A stretch of 64,000 bases of DNA from Rotaria socialis (Eukaryota): positions 268,763 to 332,762 of the forward strand of contig CAJNYD010000013.1 in the NCBI GenBank assembly GCA_905331295.1, in the 5' to 3' direction. The notes beneath the pieces are model-generated. The model saw only the letters and a list, made by a program, of their open reading frames with translations. It did not search any database and was not told the origin of the DNA. The first letter of the stretch is position 1. Each line of letters begins with the position of its first letter. Of the stretch, positions 58,171 to 64,000 are shown piece by piece. The position numbers and the translations under genes were made by a program.

Positions 58171-58531
58171 CCCAAGCAGAATTATCCTGACAGTGAAATT
58201 CGACCCGATCCGATAGAAATTCGATGGAATTTTATGTGGATTTCTATAAAACCGACGAATTCCTATCGTATTTCAGAGTGATGAACGACACTAGGATTCT
58301 TGGTATTGGAACTCGTTCCCATCACACGGTCGAATTCAATGAAACTTAACACAGAGTTCTAGCTAACCTCTAAAATTGGCATTCGATACAAAGTAATGTC
58401 CAATTAATTAAATGGGATTTAACTATCGGATCGTTCAGCAGTTCCTCAACTCCAAGTCCCATTGTATTCTGTTGGGTGGTAGAATTTTACAAAACTCTAT
58501 CGGATTCGGTATCAGATTCATTGATCTAGAG
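58171..58531. repeat. Diverged copy of the 14556-14881 repeat family
   Basis: Shared AGTTCCTCAACTC..TCCCAT block and terminal TCGGATT..ATT motif; similar length. Confidence 0.55.
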
Positions 58532-58832
58532 TTTTTAACCAGCATTTAGCTTACAACCAGCAAGCAAAATAGTTAGTTCTTCGATTTTGATGTGCATATT
58601 TGCTCTGCGAAGCACTTTTACGGTACTGATGTCGACAAAACAGTGAGACTTGGTACAAATTGCAACTAATCTCAAAGTGAACCGAGTGAAAATTATCTAG
58701 TATGGTTCATCAGAGTGTTGGCGATTGTTATAAAAATAAGTAAGTTAACAGATTATTACCTGCAAAATTCAAATGGATTGGTTCATTTTTATTTGTGCTT
58801 CTACATTGTCATCGTTGCATTAGAATAGTGAT

Positions 58833-58969
58833 CAGAGCTCGGACGAAAGAATTTCCATTTGTACTTTTGCACTTTTTCAAGTAAAAGTACAAGTACCAAG
58901 TACCTTTTTGAAAGTGCAAGTACAAGTACCGAGTGCGCCTGATGAGTACTTGTATTCGTCCTAGTTCTG
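58833..58969. mobile_element. hAT-type MITE (137 bp)
   Basis: TIRs CAGAGCTCGGACGAA vs reverse complement CAGAACTAGGACGAA. Perfect 8-bp TSD ATAGTGAT. Internal AAGTAC repeats. Confidence 0.9.
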
Positions 58970-60959
58970 ATAGTGATTCGAAGAACTATTTAGTCTCTTC
59001 TAAATAATAGGCACAAAAATACCAAAATTGAGTAAAATTAATGTGAAAGCAATCACAATGAGCGATTGGCTTACATTTATATTTTATGAATAAATGGTTG
59101 TCCTGGTGAATTAGCTTATTTAAAAACCTACGAGACCAAGAGCGCTGATTCGAAATGAGATACAATTACATATGGTCGACGAGTGTTGTAGCCCATAGCA
59201 ATTTGCGATGAGTTTAAGGAAGAAAATAATCTAATATTTCTTATGCAAATCTAATTCAGCTGATTATGAAAAATATTTCGTCGAAAAATCTTTACAAGGG
59301 GCTCGAAAATAGTATGCTTCGATAAAGAATCAGAAAGGAAGCGCGGTTCGTTACAAGAAAATATAGTTTCCTATATATCCATGATTTAATGGTGAGTATC
59401 GTAGGATAATTTCACATAATAAATGTTGGTGACTAAAGTCATTTTAGTTCCTTTTATCCGTGCCTCTAACCGTAACATATTTCGTAATAGTCATGCGTAG
59501 GAGGAGAAGACGAGATTATTTTGTTAGCTTTTTCTAAAGGTTTTTCTATTTCCCCCATAGTAGAAAAAATCTAAAATAGACTGATACTATCCTGAATGAG
59601 TTTCTATAAACACCTATTGCTATTACGGTCAATTCATATTCCATATATGTTAGCGCTACAGCTAGAATCCACTATATACTTCAAACTATTTATTATCTAG
59701 TGCGTTTCTTAGTTTGTAGTATACGTCAGCAGTGGAACTGATAAATTAGATGGGCAACATAATAAAATATCTGTTGATTAAATTTTATTTCCGCCATTAA
59801 TATGTGAAATTTTTATTCTTCTACGGTTAAGGAATAATACAGTACGATTATTTTCAATAATTTTTTCTTCCGATGTGTTGGATAAACTTTGTATAAGAAC
59901 ATGGCTACGTTGATAATAGACATACTCCTTGGAGAATGACTTGAGCCCCTCCTCTATTCTTGGAATGATTTACAGTTTCCTGCGAAGTCAATCTGGTATT
60001 CAATGATTTTCTCACATTTGATATGGTATCAATCTACGAGAATCACCCGTTCTCACTGATACGCTTCTTCCACTAAGTACAGTCTCAGGTTACCTATGTT
60101 ATATCGATGATTTATGACTGTGACTAGATCTCAGCTAAATGCTTGTTGGTGTGAGAAACTGCTCGAAAAGCCGTATTTCTTGTACAAAACTATCATGTAC
60201 TATCATAGTTTTTCGGTAAGTAAAAATTAGAAAAGGGTATTACTTGTTAAAATTCTTCAATGATTCAATCTGGGGCACTGACCATAGGGTAGTTCCAAAG
60301 AACATTGTTGTTCTTGAATGATATTGAAGGATATATTCGTGTTTCGATCACTAAGAAGTCATATGTATTGATTGGCCAAGTGCTAACATCATACTCATGC
60401 CATAAGTTCACTCATCTGAACTGCTCATCAAATGTTTTGATATTTTGTTCGAAATAACTTGAGTTACCCGTTTGACCGAGGGAAGCATTCTTGGTGTGCT
60501 TCTAGATTGAAATTTGGATAATGAGTATTACCATTTCTGAATAGTGTTTATCAAATCAGACATAATGATGTGGTACTCTATAAGTTTCTGTTTAATGAAC
60601 TACAGATCAAGGCTTAGTATGAGTGGAAATGAGTCTGTAAGTCTGTGTCAGCGTCATTCTCATATTCAGTTCCTCTACTTGAATGAATGATCAATTTAAG
60701 TTCAACAGATGAGTAGATCGCTATCATAATGTGGCCTTATAAGCGATCATACTCTCTCTTAGAAACAAGGAAAAAAAAACTTTACTTAGAAGTCAGGAAA
60801 ATATAAAACAAACAGAATTGTTGAGCAATTAGATGCAGCCATGAGAATTCAAGGTAGTGCGAGTCAAGCCCTAAAATATTTCTTCCCTCAAGTGAAACTA
60901 TAAAGATGAAATCACTGTTAACTTGACATTCAAAGTACTCATCTTGTTTTAGATTTAAT

Positions 60960-61528
60960 ATGATTTTCTCTCTCGTAATCCTTGCCATCATTATAACAAT
61001 GATGGATGGGCAATCGACATCCTTGATCAGTTCCGATCATCTACCTGGTCTCGACGAGATTGAGTCAGGATTCGACATGATGAATATGGTCTCGCGAGCA
61101 GAATCTCAATCCCGATTTCGAATATTTGATATGAGCAACACTAGAAATCGATTCAAAGTTTCTGTGCTCGGACGAGAACGTGTTTTCAATACTCCACAAA
61201 GTGTACAAGTGAACATTGTCAATACGCGTCGTGATATCAATTGTGAGGATTTGTCATATGACTATAAACACTTCTATTCAAAGTATATATTATCTCTTCT
61301 TGGAGTATCCTAATAATCAAAATCTTGTCTTTGTTTGTTACGCAGTTATTTCCGATCGACAAGAAGCACCTCGACGTGGTCTGCTTTCATAGTTGGCGGA
61401 AGTACTAGCCGTCATGATACCTTACGAAAAATAGAGGAGGCCATTAATAAACAGTCCAAAGCGGTTGCTACATCAACTTCTTGGTGGGGCCTTTATTCTA
61501 TTCAATTGGGGCCACCTTTCTTTCTCAA
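60960..61528 (+). CDS. MACPF/perforin-like secreted protein, first two exons (gene probably continues beyond the window)
   Basis: Signal peptide, LPGLDEIESGFD...FRIFD...FNTPQSVQV, then SWWGLYSIQLGPPFFL ending at a GTAAGT donor. This fits the N-terminal part of MACPF (MPEG1-like) proteins. The diagnostic Y/FGTH motif is not inside the window. Confidence 0.7.
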
Positions 61529-62893
61529 GTAAGTTATGTTTGGTTTTTAACGTTTGGATGAACTAATTGGGTGGGCTCTAATCGTGCACTAGGTTAACTC
61601 TGAATTTAATTTTCTAAAATAATTTGTATGGTTTACAAAAGTATTATTCCAATCAGAGACAAAAAAATCTCAAATGATGATACTCCTCTAGCAAATATCG
61701 TTACTATTCGTTGATATGAATTCGTGTTAAAATCATGATTCGAATCAATTATAACTTCGAAAACGTTGCAAAACATTAATATATATATTATCGCTAGAGC
61801 AAAAATATACAATCAACAAGTACTATTCAGAGTTTTAAGAATTCGTGAATATCTGTACCACGTAAGATTGTTATAATAAATGAGTTAACTGTCGAGAATT
61901 CAACGCATTCACGCTGTTCCTAAATAAAAAGAATTGAAATTTCTTAACAATGAAACTTTTGCTTGAGGCATTCTTTCGCTCGATTGATAGTTCTAGAAGT
62001 TACAAACGTAGCAAAAGTTTTCCGACACATATCTTTGAGAAATAAGAATATTTCGTGTTGTGTGGCAATGAGAACAGCGAAAAAAGCGAATATGTTTGGC
62101 TCATCACGAAACGATCGACTTTTTGGAAGCGAATAGAAATCTTGCAATCAGAAAGAGCATCTAAACACAATCAACACAGAAAGACATACGCTGAAAGCGT
62201 CTGTGGAAGGTTTTAATTAGGGGAAACAACACTTTCCAGTATTCTCGAAGTTACACTCTACATATCTTTTAAAATAGCGCCAACCTATGGTTGAACTTCG
62301 TTGCAATATATTGAATCAGAGTTTCATAAGAAAATTTGAATGTACCTACGGACCAAAAAGACCATAAATATACGATATGCGTCTACATTTATCTACACAA
62401 TATACATTAAAACCGTGACATCAGCCCCTATTATAAGTTAGCACACCTTCGACTACACAAAGAGGTCTATGCTGCTTATATAATGCAGAAGTGTTGCAAA
62501 TCATAGAACTATTTTCTGACTAGTATCCGTGTAAATCGGTTGGGCTGTATCACGGATCGGCATGATTCATATCACCCATGCATTATTACAGAAATTACTC
62601 GAACATCTATTTCAACTGCATCATGGATTTGGTAAAGCCTGCTAGTTGATGACAGTGAAAATCTACGTCGAGAACATTCATCTTAGTTTTGTCAGTTTGG
62701 TACAAAAAATGTCAATAATTTTCATGTTTCATAGGCAGAATATTTCTGACATGGCAGTTTTTTTCTCATTATGAGCTTTAATGCATAGGATGAGATGTCT
62801 CGAAGAGGTAAAATGTGAAAACTCCTTGCTTCAACGTACTTCAAGGTGTATAGAAAATTTAGCAATTATAACTGTTCAGTTTTCCGTCATCTA

Positions 62894-63810
62894 CAGAGCG
62901 GTCAGTTTATTTTGAAACGATTTTCGTGAACTAATTCTTCCTCAGTAACTGATTCGGCTCTTGTGAATCTCATATCAATGTATCCTATAAAGACTGTACA
63001 TGTTCCCCTAATAGGCAGATTTTGCATAGAAGGATGTTTTCTGATAAAGCACTGGATAGTTTTAAAAAGATATATTTTAATATTTTTGAGAACAAGCATA
63101 TTTGCTGGTACCACCAGAAATGAACTTTTCGATTATTTCTCCATATTATCGTCTTTTGACCTGAGACATATGTCACAGGTACATCCACTATTACCGCATC
63201 TATGCTAAAAATTTCAGCAATAAAGAGCGACAATTCGTAGAGAAATCAGCAAGTGTTTCAAATATATAGTTGAAGTGAAACACATTGCAAGGCTTATCCT
63301 GCTACTATTTCTGGTTTAATTCAACGCTTTACATGATGGTCATTGATACCTGAGATATTCTCACGTGTAAGTAGTTCTAAAATACAATTAACTACTGTTT
63401 CAGACTTTAAATTAAATCAGAAATGGTAATAGGATAACCCTTGCAATATGTTTAGCTTCAGCTATATATTTGAAACACTTGCTGGTTTCTCTATGAATTC
63501 TCGTTCTTTATTGCTGAAACTTTTACCATAGATGCAGCAATAGTGGATGTGCCTGTGATATATGTCTGCGGTCAAAAGACGATAGTATGGAGGAAAAATA
63601 GGAAATGCTTATTTTAAAAAATTTGAAAATAACCTCTTCAAAGTTAGTCCAGTATTTTATCAGAAAACATCCTTCTATACAAAATCTGCCTATTAGGGCA
63701 ACATGTACAGTCTTTATAGGATACATTGATATGAGATTCATGAGAGCCGAATCAGTTACTGAGGAAGAATAAGTCCACGAAAATTGTTTCAAAATAAACT
63801 GAACACCCTG
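62894..63810. mobile_element. Foldback Tc1/mariner-type MITE with ~430-bp inverted arms
   Basis: 62894-~63321 is an inverted copy of ~63410-63810. Termini CAGAGCGGTCAG / reverse complement CAGGGTGTTCAG, flanked by TA. Confidence 0.9.
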
Positions 63811-64000
63811 TAATATTAAGTACAGAGTTCTCTCACATTTTCCTTGAATTTCCAAAATCCGTACAAGACCTTCACTATGTTTAACATATACTGTGATTGC
63901 TTAAATATTACATTGAAAAAATTCTCTTCGCTGTCGAATTCTATAAATTGCTTGTCACTTTGGTTCTACCGGTAGAAATTTCATCCTAATTATAGCTGGA

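Noticed and set aside
58939..58962. CTGATGAG followed by a short stem, resembling a hammerhead ribozyme core
   Set aside because: No GAAA after stem II; the sequence is explained as hAT MITE subterminal repeat.
62902..63855. ORFs 62963-63208 and 63523-63855 with near-identical peptides
   Set aside because: Artefact of the inverted arms of the foldback element; not genes.

Overview
AT-rich (~30% GC) eukaryotic genomic DNA with many short (mostly 50-65 nt) GT-AG introns. Gene content and repeat style point to a bdelloid rotifer (inference). About 18 genes were reconstructed by hand. Housekeeping and regulatory genes: Romo1, BOD1-like, AMPK-beta, TFIIIC90/GTF3C4-like, PRA1 family, ARF1, RPS2, cyclin Y, Ly6/quiver-like, spalt-like and ZnT5. 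The distal half is richer in lineage-expanded or defence-type genes: RING-TRAF-TPR, two small Cys-rich surface proteins, a degenerate second AMPK-beta, an ADP-ribosyltransferase-fold protein with an altered active site, a pseudogene of a long helical protein, and the 5' part of a MACPF gene. Several non-autonomous DNA transposons (hAT and Tc1/mariner-type MITEs) have readable TIRs and TSDs. The most unusual observations are: an unassigned GC-rich structured ~150-nt RNA candidate with a U-tract end downstream of RPS2; a tRNA-like cloverleaf with a non-eukaryotic GAG anticodon; a hidden multi-exon ORF spliced in frame onto PRA1; an AMPK-beta paralog missing key regulatory residues; and an operon-like Romo1/BOD1 junction. 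All calls come from reading the sequence; no searches were run.
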